The position numbers were made by a program, and so were the translations under genes. This document shows positions 11,525 through 21,986 of a stretch of 64,000 nucleotides of DNA, one piece after another; the first letter of the stretch is position 1; each line of letters begins with the position of its first letter. The DNA lies in IMG/VR virus record IMGVR_UViG_3300048997_000225, positions 68,504 through 132,503 of that record. One strand, 5' to 3'. The notes under the pieces are model-generated. The model searched no databases. It saw only the letters and a list, made by a program, of their open reading frames with translations, and was not told the DNA's origin. This DNA is from a virus.

Positions 11525-12709
11525 CTATCCTTGAGAACTAAAAGACCCGCCAGAGTCGAATTTCAATATTTGATTAGGACTGCTGCTGGTTAAATTAAAT
11601 GGACTGGGATTCCCGATAACCCGTTTAAGTTCGATATTTTCACGGCTACGACTAACCACTGTTGCAACGACAATTGCAACAGTGGGATCGTCTGGAAGAG
11701 TTTGAACACTAATATTGGCCAATGACAGCGGATATTCAGCATCAGACACTTGTTGTTGCGGGAATCCTGAATCTTGTAATTGTTTAATATTTTGATATGT
11801 AGAAAATGATTGATTAATATCTATCGTTATCAACGCGTTGACATTGACTGTTCCAGTTTGACCTTTTCCACCAATTTTGTCTATTAAGCCACTGCCTAAC
11901 CAACTCCATTTCCAATGTGATCCAATTTTCGTAACCAAGAATTTATCGAATTCCTGAGATAATAAATCGGTATCACGCACCACATCATAAGTATCACCAG
12001 TTATGGAATAATCATGTTCTAACTGAGTTCCGTTACATCGCCTGCAATATTGAGCTGATGTAATATAATTAAGTTCTATGATTGGATCTGCATTGGGAAT
12101 AGACCTGGAAAAAGTAAGGATTTTGTCTGCAATCAATGGTGATTGAATATCTCGTTCAATTTTCCAATCAGGAAAAATATCTTTCCCAATTGCAGCTCTG
12201 CCAGGTATTATGCCAACAGATTTATAAGCGGCGAGTATTCTTGCAGTGTTCGGCAAGGAACTAGTTTTATCAGTCCAGCGTGGATCGTGAAACTGGAATG
12301 CTGTTCCTTTCAAAGGTTGTCGTGATTTAAATAACACATGCTTATTCAAAATAGTAATTAGTAATTCAGGAAATTGTCGCTGGAGATCTAAAGCCAAATC
12401 CTTGGCTCGAACGTTGGGACCAGGAGTGAGTTGTGCATATCTAGGAGGATCAAATCCAATACTAATATATAATAAATCGTTGACTCCTTGTCGAATACGA
12501 TATGGTTCAGGATTGGAGAATGGTAACTGTGCATATGACAATAAACCATTCCGGGGAATCGGGACTCTGTCTACATAAACTGCCACATCTGAAGTGTTGG
12601 AAGGAGGCCTTGGGAATTTAACCGAATTATTCCGGATAGCATCCAAATCAACTTTTTCAAAGAACACTTGATGCGGGCATACACGCCATGTCGCAAAATC
12701 GAATGACAT
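11525..12709 (-). CDS. Baseplate wedge / sheath-initiator protein, gp25-like C-terminus with Cys motif
   Basis: Upstream of baseplate J. 'LLSQEFDKFLVTKIGSHWKWSWLGSGL...DDPT' is gp25-like, preceded by CRRC. Confidence 0.6.
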   Translation of the reverse strand: MSFDFATWRVCPHQVFFEKVDLDAIRNNSVKFPRPPSNTSDVAVYVDRVPIPRNGLLSYAQLPFSNPEPYRIRQGVNDLLYISIGFDPPRYAQLTPGPNVRAKDLALDLQRQFPELLITILNKHVLFKSRQPLKGTAFQFHDPRWTDKTSSLPNTARILAAYKSVGIIPGRAAIGKDIFPDWKIERDIQSPLIADKILTFSRSIPNADPIIELNYITSAQYCRRCNGTQLEHDYSITGDTYDVVRDTDLLSQEFDKFLVTKIGSHWKWSWLGSGLIDKIGGKGQTGTVNVNALITIDINQSFSTYQNIKQLQDSGFPQQQVSDAEYPLSLANISVQTLPDDPTVAIVVATVVSRSRENIELKRVIGNPSPFNLTSSSPNQILKFDSGGSFSSQG

Positions 12710-12749
12710 GTTCTATTACTCCAATCCCATTAATTTATTAGAATGGAAA

Positions 12750-13479
12750 CTATGGAATCCGCTGATTAAGACCTTTAGAATCATCAACTCCATCCGCAAA
12801 TGCCAAGTCACCAACTCGACCAATCGAAAGCCCGAATAAATCTTCAGTGCCTTTAACAATATTCATAGCCCCTGAAGTATTCATTTGGATTTCAACTTCA
12901 AGGATTTGGTTTTCTACAGATCCTGCAATAGTCTCATCACCCAGTAATTGAATTATTAAATCAATTTCCTGTTGGAGTTGATCGGAATAATCCATTGCAC
13001 GTTTTATTTTATATTCTAAGCGTTCACGTTTGAATTTGATAGATTCCAATTGCCAATATTTTAAACGTTCAACACGAAGCCCAAGATCTCTATCAAACCG
13101 TTGATTGCCGCGTTCGCGCCGTCCATTAGAATATATATCAGAATAACCGCCAGTCGCACCAGAATCTTGGCTCTGGGAAAGAGCCGGCCCTTTAGTCTTG
13201 AAAACTGGTTGGTCTCGAGTACGCAATAACATATCGAATTCAGGAGTCCCGCCTAAAATTCGATATGCATTTAATAATTTTGCCGCATAACTGCCAGCTG
13301 AAGCTGAAAATTTAACTGGATTGGGACCAACATATTCAGTGATGAATATGCCATTCATCGACAGTTGCTTTTGCAACCATTGCTTGCGCATATTCAATTC
13401 TTTGGCTTGAATACGAGCAAAAGCACGAAAAGATTCCCATTGCTTATCAGTAAATGTTCCGAAAAAAGTTAAATGCCAT
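12750..13479 (-). CDS. Putative baseplate/tail protein; SD-led ATG (13479) is one base out of frame with the main ORF (12750-13397)
   Basis: AGGTGA-N5-ATG GCA TTT AAC TTT TTT C. Removing one T gives MAFNFFGTFTDKQWESFRAFARIQAKEL, which joins the 215-aa ORF. Confidence 0.55.
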
Positions 13480-13485
13480 GTTGCA

Positions 13486-13743
13486 TCACCTATCCCTTCC
13501 TACATTAGTCCTAGGAAGAATCCTGTCTCCAGTTCCTACAGCACAATCTACCATATCTAATGACAGCGGAGCACTAGGAACTGAATAAACCACGGCTTCA
13601 ATTTCAGATTGTTCTTTTGCAGTCAATGTATCCCAGAGAATATCTAGTTCTGCACATCGAATAGATTCTTCTAACTGTGATAATGGTCTATCGATCATAA
13701 ATTCTATAAATTTTGGATAATATTGATTAGTCATATATTTCAT
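13486..13743 (-). CDS. Small hypothetical protein
   Basis: 85 aa; ATGA overlap with upstream gene. Confidence 0.55.
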   Translation of the reverse strand: MKYMTNQYYPKFIEFMIDRPLSQLEESIRCAELDILWDTLTAKEQSEIEAVVYSVPSAPLSLDMVDCAVGTGDRILPRTNVGRDR

Positions 13744-16013
13744 CCTAACGTAAGTATAAATTTCAAAGCATTGAAAGCGGCTATGGAACCGGCACCCGGG
13801 CCTCCGAACGTCATGACCATTCCAGAGTGTAAACCAAAAGGCGATTGACTTGGTTTATCTTTGGATTGTAAGAGCTCTTGAGCTAAGCTTTCAGCACTAC
13901 CATTGGCGGAACTGGCAACCAATACGCTAACTGTCACATTAATATTAAATAAGCTCAGGATTTCATCCAAAGTCTGCAAAATTTGGATGAGAGCATTTAT
14001 TTTTTGGATCAATGTTTCAACTATATCTTGGATTTCCTTAATAGCACTTTCCAGAGCTTTGAGCAATGATTTTAAGAATTGTTCGAAATCAAACAATGAT
14101 GGAATAAGTGCTGGAAACAAATCTCCAACAGTAACTGAATACCATGCTAGATATGAAGTTTGAGAACTTACTACTGAGAGTGCAGACTGAATGAAACCAG
14201 CTAATGCTAAACGTTCTTCTACAGTTGCGAATGGTTTTAAATATGCTATGGAAGTTAACGGGACTGGACCGGTAATGGGGCCGCTGGCTATATAATTATC
14301 TTCTTGAGCCAAATAATCATCGATTTGAAGAGCAACATTAGGAGTTATCCCACCAATAACTCCTATGAAACTCCATGGTTCTTCCTGTAAGAAATCCGCT
14401 GATAATAATCTATCAACGACACTTTGTACTCCACCAGAAACCCATTGCTTAGCTAATAAATCCACTAGAGCAGGATTGGAGAACAAAATCGTGGCTACTG
14501 AATTGGCTAATCGGCGAGCCGCGGCTTGGAATATTATATTAGATATTAATTCATTTGACTTATTAGAATTGGCTTTAAGAGGTCCTAATTGGCCACCCAG
14601 CATAGAAAGCGTCCCCCAGCCTGTTCGCTGTTCATTCCGAAATACAGTATTGGGAACTCCACTAGATAATGGATAAGCCGAAGGCAACTCAAAATTCAGA
14701 AGGATTCCAGCTTGTATTGCTCGGAATATATCATTATATATGTTAAAAGCAATGGATTGACCGCTAGCATCAACTAATTTCCGCGGTACGAAGCCTTTAA
14801 CAATCCGGCTTGGACGACCTAAAGTTAACTTGGGCAGAGTTCTAAGAACACGCGAATTCCCTGATACAACAGTAAACGATTTAACTGCATCAGGATGGTT
14901 CGAAGTTAACTGCAGATAACTGGTGGCATCTCCAAAGAAAGCGCGAATCCTATAGTAATATGTCTTTCCTGGAATTAATTCGGGATCAGCATCTAGATAT
15001 TTATAAATGCCAGTTGCAAGCCCGGTTATTAAAGTTGTAGTAGCATTGCTTGAACTACCTTGCGGAACGTTCGATTCAGCTGCGCCATTAGATCCAAATC
15101 GAATAGCTATTTTAGTAGGGAAGTTCTTATAAATTGATCCGTCATCTTCACGAACTACAGATTTGGAGCTTACAGATGGAAAATCATATTTAGCGATGAT
15201 TCCATCAACCACTCCTTTACCGATGGTTTGTGAACTGGTTTCAATATAAATTGCATCGCCTTGAGTCGATAATTCTGATGCCCCTTCATCTTGAGGGAAT
15301 GGACCGGTTCGTTCAATAATGAAATTTGGGAAACGAAATTGATTATAGAATGACACCAATTGACCAGCAAAACCCGGAGCATTCAATCCAGAAGGTGATT
15401 GCGGCATGCGCCATTCCAATTGAACTGCTTGATTTAAATCTGAATCAAATAATCGTCGAAATTGGGAAATAGAACTCCCGCTTTTATTAACAGGCAATGC
15501 CTTTATATCAACAGGAGCTGGCAATCCAGTTAATTGTATAGGATGTCGAATAAGAGCTAATAATGAAAATAATAATCCAAGAAGATCACCGGGCGCATCA
15601 GCTCCTATATATAAGACCAATAACGCAACAGATGATCCTGGTGGATATTGAGGTCGAAATGCATCAGCTGTATCGAAAAATTTCGCGATAACTTTAGATT
15701 CGAATCTCGGATAAGCCCCGCTTACTGAATGCAATACGCCAGCGAAGTCTGGTTGACTAAAATCAGGATGAACCAATAATATCGAAAATCCTGAAGATCG
15801 AATTTGATTAATAATGGCGCGTACGGAAGCCAACAATAATGCAATTATGGCTCGTAATGGATTCAATAAATCAAGGAAAAATGGTTTTAAAATATCGAGT
15901 ATGGCTTCAAGAATGGCTTCAATAGTCTCTAGAATTTGAAGAGTATTTTGAATCGGAGGCCGGATGGGCTCAAATATATCAAATTTAATACTGATTTGAG
16001 TCCAATTAGCCAC
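13740..16013 (-). CDS. Virion structural protein, helical termini and FN3-like core
   Basis: 757 aa within the baseplate operon. 'VQLEW...KYLD...PGKTYYYRIRA' is FN3-like; termini are amphipathic helices. Confidence 0.6.
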   Translation of the reverse strand: MANWTQISIKFDIFEPIRPPIQNTLQILETIEAILEAILDILKPFFLDLLNPLRAIIALLLASVRAIINQIRSSGFSILLVHPDFSQPDFAGVLHSVSGAYPRFESKVIAKFFDTADAFRPQYPPGSSVALLVLYIGADAPGDLLGLLFSLLALIRHPIQLTGLPAPVDIKALPVNKSGSSISQFRRLFDSDLNQAVQLEWRMPQSPSGLNAPGFAGQLVSFYNQFRFPNFIIERTGPFPQDEGASELSTQGDAIYIETSSQTIGKGVVDGIIAKYDFPSVSSKSVVREDDGSIYKNFPTKIAIRFGSNGAAESNVPQGSSSNATTTLITGLATGIYKYLDADPELIPGKTYYYRIRAFFGDATSYLQLTSNHPDAVKSFTVVSGNSRVLRTLPKLTLGRPSRIVKGFVPRKLVDASGQSIAFNIYNDIFRAIQAGILLNFELPSAYPLSSGVPNTVFRNEQRTGWGTLSMLGGQLGPLKANSNKSNELISNIIFQAAARRLANSVATILFSNPALVDLLAKQWVSGGVQSVVDRLLSADFLQEEPWSFIGVIGGITPNVALQIDDYLAQEDNYIASGPITGPVPLTSIAYLKPFATVEERLALAGFIQSALSVVSSQTSYLAWYSVTVGDLFPALIPSLFDFEQFLKSLLKALESAIKEIQDIVETLIQKINALIQILQTLDEILSLFNINVTVSVLVASSANGSAESLAQELLQSKDKPSQSPFGLHSGMVMTFGGPGAGSIAAFNALKFILTLG

Positions 16014-16019
16014 GATTTA

Positions 16020-16181
16020 TTATTTCTTAGTTACTGACTTAAGGATTTGTTGATATTTAACTAATTCTTTTTGAGCGTCCAATAATGCTTGATGAGTCGA
16101 ATCACGTGTCTTTTGAACAGCTTCCCGGATGATCCCTGGTCCAACTTGTTTATTATGTTCCCATTTATTAGAATCTTCCAT
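16020..16181 (-). CDS. 53-aa helical protein (missing from ORF track)
   Basis: Hand translation MEDSNKWEHNKQVGPGIIREAVQKTRDSTHQALLDAQKELVKYQQILKSVTKK*. Exactly fills the intergenic gap. Confidence 0.6.
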   Translation of the reverse strand: MEDSNKWEHNKQVGPGIIREAVQKTRDSTHQALLDAQKELVKYQQILKSVTKK

Positions 16182-16191
16182 CGGATTCCCT

Positions 16192-19100
16192 TCATAGACT
16201 TTCTGAAATCAATAGTTTCTGTTGATCTGCTATTAATTTCCTTAAATTGTCTTTTCTACGTGCTTCAGCTTGTTTCTGTTTAGTTAAATTCCCGTCTTTT
16301 TTATCTATTCGTTGCTCTATAAATAAAAATCTTTGATCATATAAACTATCGTTAGTTAACACGTCAGTAATTCGCGTTATATTATTAAATATTTGGGTTT
16401 GACGAGCTTCAATATTGATAATCCGTGCAGTTTTTCCTGCGACCGAAATTGTAGATTGCCAAATCAAGGTATTAACTACAAACAACACCAATTCGCGCAA
16501 GAATTGAGCTGCTACACTAAATTGGTCGGTAGCTAAAAACGATTCTGGTTGAATCAATTGATAAATTGATTCTCCAGGATTTGGGAATGACGCCCATGGC
16601 AAAGTCCCGTCCACGGTTAATGTCGTTGAAGTCACATTAACAATTTTATATAATCCGACATTAGGACCAGAACCCACATAGAGCAAAGTCTGAATATTTA
16701 CTCCGGCTAATGTGAAATTGGCATTCATATCAGTTAAAGTATTGGATGATATTGATCCTAAACCTGTACCAATTGTCCGTCCATAATATTGAATAATTGA
16801 TATAATCGTCTTCAATTCCGAATCTAGAGATGCAATCAATGCTGGACTTATAACAGATCCAGCAGAATTAGTATTCAACACTTCGAGTTCTAGACCAACT
16901 ATCGACAGAACGGTAGGTAATGATACTATTTGGACGTCATGTCCAATAGTATCAGAAAATGGCCACGGTGTATCTACTGAAAATGAAGAAGGAGATAAAA
17001 TAGTATTAATGGTCCGAATCGATCCAGCGTTCGGACCATTTAAAAATGTAACATCATCGCCTGGTGATACTATCAATGACGATTGAATACAATGCAATAA
17101 ATCGGTAGACACTCGACAAGTTCCTAGTCTACTCATAGCATCGAGTTCATCCAATAATAATTCAGATTCAGAAATCCTTTTCAATCTAGGGACAGGTGGA
17201 TATCCATTATCGTTCAATTCCAATCCATCAAGAACAGGGATTCGACGCGGTTGTATATCAGAGTTCCCAAATCCGATAGATGATTCTATAATTTCGTTCC
17301 CAACAATTGGAATTTGAAGAGTCCCCGGATTCACTGTGATATTAACAATTTGGCCATTTTCGGTATTTACAGCTAAGTCCCGACCAGCAGTATAAAAATG
17401 ATTATGAGGATTGACTGGATCGGATATGTTTTGAACTAAATTCCCTCGTCTTACAGACGTACCGCCACTTAATGTGACAGTCGTATTTGTAACAGCAACT
17501 ACGGTAGAATTACCAACCAGAGATCCATTATTAGCATATATATTAATATCTTGTCCAATAGAAAATGGTGGAATCAAGAATTCTGGATCACCATTCTGGA
17601 TTATAGTATAAACAGCACCAGATATTGATGAAAAAAATTGACTCGCAGGACTGCTATGGAAAGTCCCTATTGAACGAATATCATCAATAGCCAAACTTCC
17701 AATGATTTTCCCAAAATCACTAGGATTGACTAAGTCATTGAGAGCGGCTTTTTGCAACGTAGTAGTAGGAAATAATCGAGATAGATTATTCGGGACAGCC
17801 ATGGTCCCGAATACAGGCACGTTTTGAAATGTGAAGAATCCAGTAATCTTTAATTTATCATACAATTTGATCTTATCATCAATATCATTAGTTATATCAA
17901 TATAACCATTGCGAGGAGGATTATCAAACATATCATCGAATCTGAAACGGCCAGATATTCCACCAACAATTCGTCCATCTAAATTGGATAAAATGTCTTC
18001 ATAATAATTAATCAAATCGTTATAGAATTTAATCAATCTAGCCATTACAACATCAAGATTGTGTTGATGTTGTTCATCAAACCATGGGCTAGAAATTCCA
18101 AAGTCCTTATTACTTTGCCCAGTCGCATCTCCAATATTAGGGCCCGATACACCACCTGATTGTGATGATTGTTTCAATGCATCTTGAACTTCAGGCAAAA
18201 AAGATGTGATAGTTTCTACTCTATAAAAAAAAGTATCTGGAGCATATAAATTATATGTTGATTGCAATCGTTGTCCGAGCAATCCATTATTGAGTCCGGG
18301 TGCAATTACATATGAATAATTCATATGTACGATAGTCCCGATAGGTTGAATGGTCCTTGCAACATATAATGCAGATAACGTATTACCAAAACCAATTGGG
18401 GATTCTAAATTGATATCACCACCATCAGATAATGAGAAATCAATATCACGAGTAAGAATATGATTAGAATCTCCGTTTAAAATTAATGTAAACGGAAAAG
18501 ATAAATTAATCGGATTGTTAGTATGGAACGATTTCCCAGCATATTGGATGGTTCGAACCGAATAAGCCAAATCAGGGATTATGTAATTCCGTCGGGCTGG
18601 AATAGAAGTGAAAATTTTGGTTCTATTATTGGATTCTAATTGCGAATTAGATATATAATATGGATCATTATTTATTGTTATAATAGTCCCCGTTTTATAT
18701 TTAAAGGTTGCATCACCAGCTACATAAAAGAAATTAGTCCCATCAACAAATGAACTAATAATAGCCGTTTCTGCGATAAAATAGCTAGAACTCAATGATC
18801 CACATACCAATAAATCTGAACCATCGGAATCGGATACAATTGGTGTTATAAATGTTAAATTACTAACGTCTAAATTACTGTCATATGAAATAGTGTCAAC
18901 TAATATTACTTCAGTTCGATCAATCAACATTGCAGAAGCAGTCGATATAAGATCGGTTTGATCCCCATTCAAGGTTAAAGTTTGAACACCTGCTTTTATC
19001 TGTGGTGTATCTAAATCAATTGTTGTGGATAATAAATTAAAATTAGTATTCCCGCCTGGTGCATTTTCAACCCAGTAATCTAAAACAACTAATTCATTTT

Positions 19101-21393
19101 GAATGGGGTTCGCGAGTTTAATAGTCCCGGGACCATTAAACTCGAATGAATCGGCACTTAGTATAATTCCATTAACATATATAATTATCGGGCGAGTCGT
19201 ATTAACAACATTATTATCTGGATTGAACGTAACAACAGTAGAACCGGGAACCGTTGAAGCTGTTTCCTGTCGGATTTTAAATAATGATTTCTCGATTTTA
19301 TTAATAGGAGTATATGTTGCTCCGTCATCAGTGGTTTCCAAAGCAACGTACATAATTTGGAAAGATTGATTGGCTTGGGCTGGATCAGTTAAATTAACTT
19401 GTCCCGTATTCGGAAATACTTCATACTCCGAAGTGGCCATCGTAACATATTGACCATTTGGAGCATCAGCTCGGGCCAAAGAGAATTTCTTGTACGGGAG
19501 ATCTAATTTAGTCCAAAATTTATCGACAATAATATCAGCTTGAGAATGTAAATCAAATACAACGATTCCAGTCGATTTAAATATAGAAGTAATTGTTACT
19601 GCAGCAGATGATTGTAAATCTCGGATAACATAAATACCAAGATTGGCTCCGGTCGATATTACAATATATCGACCTATGTCAGAATGAGAAAATATGCCAG
19701 ATGATGCCACTAAAGTGGATGGTAGAATTATAGATCCTGACATTCCGATCTTGTCATTTGGATCGTTATGGCCAAACGGTCGAATAAATTCGACCATCCC
19801 AGTATTAGCATCAAAATCAAAATCCACATCAGGCGTAATTGAAGAACCATTGACTGTAATTTCAAATCCACGTTCGCTTACAGCAGAATCCGCTAGTTTT
19901 AAATTAGTCGTTGCTTTAGCAAGCACAACATCAGCAATTTTCCGATTCGAAAAATTAAATTGATGAGTATCTAAATTCAGAATATATCCGAGTCCAATTT
20001 GAGAAGGATTTATTCCATCAACCAATTCGCCAGTGAAAGTTCCGCTCGATGCGGGTCCTTGGACGACTTCATATTTAAGAGTGGAATCTATGATTGGATT
20101 CGTTGGAAGCATAACGAACGGGAATGACTGCAAACCATTAACGATTATCTGGTCTTCAACATTATATAAGATAGTAAAGTCCGGGACTTTTTCTGGACCC
20201 GATCCATTAACTCCACTTCTATATAGTTGGATTGAAATCCCATGTTCAATGGATAGTAGGCTATCTAAATAGAAAAAAGACCAGTCTGCAAATTTATTAA
20301 TATCAATTGCTGAAATATAAGCATTGCCAGTCGAAATATCTATTATGATCTTACCTGGAGCCGGCGGACTTGTCGGAGCTGTATTCCGAAGAATAATAGT
20401 CCAATAATTCCGATTGTTATTGATCTTCTCAGCAAATATTATAAATCGCTGCGTATCCGATAAATTTATTGCCGCTGGAATATTAAATGCAATTGTCGGC
20501 CAACTAAATACCGGGATAGAATGTCTCACATATTGTGCAGATCCAATTATTACACCATCATAATAAATAGTTTCTCCAAAATTCGATATAACATCAATCG
20601 TTGAAAATCGGACGCGTCCAGTATCAAGTGACCAAGTAAAAGTACCAGATATTGGAGAACCTAGTACAGATTCATTTGCTACTTGTATTGGAGTCAAATA
20701 CCTACGATAACCAATTCGAACTCTTGGAATTTGTCCAGTAGCGGGTTTAGGATTAAGACATAAGTGATAATCGATTAAAGACAGCGGAAAAGTCCCGATA
20801 GCACCTGTAGAAGACGCTCTATCAAAAAAACTTTGTCGCAGTCCAAATATTGTTTTCCCAGCGTAAGAAATTAAATCATTATGACAAAAATTGAGTTTCC
20901 CGTCCGCATTCGAGAGCTGGACGGTCCCTGCTGATAACAAATTAGGATCTGTGAAATCAGCCTCAGTACCAACTAATTGGATATTGAAAGTGATTAATCG
21001 GACAGGATCTCCGATATATATAGCAAAGGGGGCATTAGTAACAGAATTATCCGGAACAGGAAAAATTAATCGTGGATTATTAGATATCACACCAAATGAA
21101 TCAGGAGCGTTCCCCGGAGACGGAAGCCATCTTTGTGAAAAGTTATCATAACTAAATCGTGTTATAGTAGATTGATTTTTAGTCCATAGTATTTGGAGAT
21201 TTGGATCAGCAATTTCCAAACTGGACTGGACTGGATTAGTACTATTTATTATTAATACATATTCTGCACGATTAATTATTGAATTAAATACTATTGGATC
21301 AGAAACAACACTGCGACTAGGAAATGTTAATGGATTATTTCCACTACTAACTCGGATTCCTTCAAGTAATGCACCAGTGGTATCTAACGGCAT
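16192..21393 (-). CDS. Very large beta-rich baseplate/tail structural protein
   Basis: 1733 aa with repeated 'D(F/Y)...(T/N)G.V' and 'G.N.G.Y.I..V' modules; lies between spike and wedge genes. Confidence 0.6.
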   Translation of the reverse strand: MPLDTTGALLEGIRVSSGNNPLTFPSRSVVSDPIVFNSIINRAEYVLIINSTNPVQSSLEIADPNLQILWTKNQSTITRFSYDNFSQRWLPSPGNAPDSFGVISNNPRLIFPVPDNSVTNAPFAIYIGDPVRLITFNIQLVGTEADFTDPNLLSAGTVQLSNADGKLNFCHNDLISYAGKTIFGLRQSFFDRASSTGAIGTFPLSLIDYHLCLNPKPATGQIPRVRIGYRRYLTPIQVANESVLGSPISGTFTWSLDTGRVRFSTIDVISNFGETIYYDGVIIGSAQYVRHSIPVFSWPTIAFNIPAAINLSDTQRFIIFAEKINNNRNYWTIILRNTAPTSPPAPGKIIIDISTGNAYISAIDINKFADWSFFYLDSLLSIEHGISIQLYRSGVNGSGPEKVPDFTILYNVEDQIIVNGLQSFPFVMLPTNPIIDSTLKYEVVQGPASSGTFTGELVDGINPSQIGLGYILNLDTHQFNFSNRKIADVVLAKATTNLKLADSAVSERGFEITVNGSSITPDVDFDFDANTGMVEFIRPFGHNDPNDKIGMSGSIILPSTLVASSGIFSHSDIGRYIVISTGANLGIYVIRDLQSSAAVTITSIFKSTGIVVFDLHSQADIIVDKFWTKLDLPYKKFSLARADAPNGQYVTMATSEYEVFPNTGQVNLTDPAQANQSFQIMYVALETTDDGATYTPINKIEKSLFKIRQETASTVPGSTVVTFNPDNNVVNTTRPIIIYVNGIILSADSFEFNGPGTIKLANPIQNELVVLDYWVENAPGGNTNFNLLSTTIDLDTPQIKAGVQTLTLNGDQTDLISTASAMLIDRTEVILVDTISYDSNLDVSNLTFITPIVSDSDGSDLLVCGSLSSSYFIAETAIISSFVDGTNFFYVAGDATFKYKTGTIITINNDPYYISNSQLESNNRTKIFTSIPARRNYIIPDLAYSVRTIQYAGKSFHTNNPINLSFPFTLILNGDSNHILTRDIDFSLSDGGDINLESPIGFGNTLSALYVARTIQPIGTIVHMNYSYVIAPGLNNGLLGQRLQSTYNLYAPDTFFYRVETITSFLPEVQDALKQSSQSGGVSGPNIGDATGQSNKDFGISSPWFDEQHQHNLDVVMARLIKFYNDLINYYEDILSNLDGRIVGGISGRFRFDDMFDNPPRNGYIDITNDIDDKIKLYDKLKITGFFTFQNVPVFGTMAVPNNLSRLFPTTTLQKAALNDLVNPSDFGKIIGSLAIDDIRSIGTFHSSPASQFFSSISGAVYTIIQNGDPEFLIPPFSIGQDINIYANNGSLVGNSTVVAVTNTTVTLSGGTSVRRGNLVQNISDPVNPHNHFYTAGRDLAVNTENGQIVNITVNPGTLQIPIVGNEIIESSIGFGNSDIQPRRIPVLDGLELNDNGYPPVPRLKRISESELLLDELDAMSRLGTCRVSTDLLHCIQSSLIVSPGDDVTFLNGPNAGSIRTINTILSPSSFSVDTPWPFSDTIGHDVQIVSLPTVLSIVGLELEVLNTNSAGSVISPALIASLDSELKTIISIIQYYGRTIGTGLGSISSNTLTDMNANFTLAGVNIQTLLYVGSGPNVGLYKIVNVTSTTLTVDGTLPWASFPNPGESIYQLIQPESFLATDQFSVAAQFLRELVLFVVNTLIWQSTISVAGKTARIINIEARQTQIFNNITRITDVLTNDSLYDQRFLFIEQRIDKKDGNLTKQKQAEARRKDNLRKLIADQQKLLISESL

Positions 21394-21400
21394 ATTATTC

Positions 21401-21985
21401 CTATAAAATCCGACCTGATCCTAAGCCTCCACCAGGAAACGGTGAAGAAGGACCAACAATTATTATTTGGCCTTTGGCACTCGGCAAAGCTTGATCTATT
21501 CCCTGAGCAATCGCTGTTGCTAAGTTAGCAGACATAACACCAAGCAATCCAGAACCAATGAAATTTTGAATCATGAGTGAAATTGACATCGTTGGGACTG
21601 GTGTAATATTAACGATAGTTCCAGTTCCTACACCTGTACCTGCATGCGCAGTAATGATCTGAGCAAAAGCTAAAGACGCCGATAAAGAAAAAGCTAAAGC
21701 TCGGATTAATGATGATCGCATTTCTCCATTTATACCTTTACCGGCAAATGTTGATTGGAATGCATTTATGAAAATCGGGGGTGGAATAATAATACCTAAA
21801 CCGGAACCCGCTCCGACGCCAGCTGTTCCAACATCTAAAGTGTTCACTATTGGTGAGGATAATAAATAAGAACAAAATCCATTGGCTACAGCTAATGAAA
21901 ATTGATTACAAGACAGTCCAAAAATGGATTGTCCAGTCATTTCACTTCGAATTCTAAGGAATATGGCTGATGGAATTAGAGCCAT
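21401..21985 (-). CDS. Gly/Ala-rich spike-associated protein
   Basis: 194 aa immediately after the spike gene; internal duplication around GTAGVGAG/AGTGVGTG. Confidence 0.5.
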   Translation of the reverse strand: MALIPSAIFLRIRSEMTGQSIFGLSCNQFSLAVANGFCSYLLSSPIVNTLDVGTAGVGAGSGLGIIIPPPIFINAFQSTFAGKGINGEMRSSLIRALAFSLSASLAFAQIITAHAGTGVGTGTIVNITPVPTMSISLMIQNFIGSGLLGVMSANLATAIAQGIDQALPSAKGQIIIVGPSSPFPGGGLGSGRIL

Positions 21986-21986
21986 A

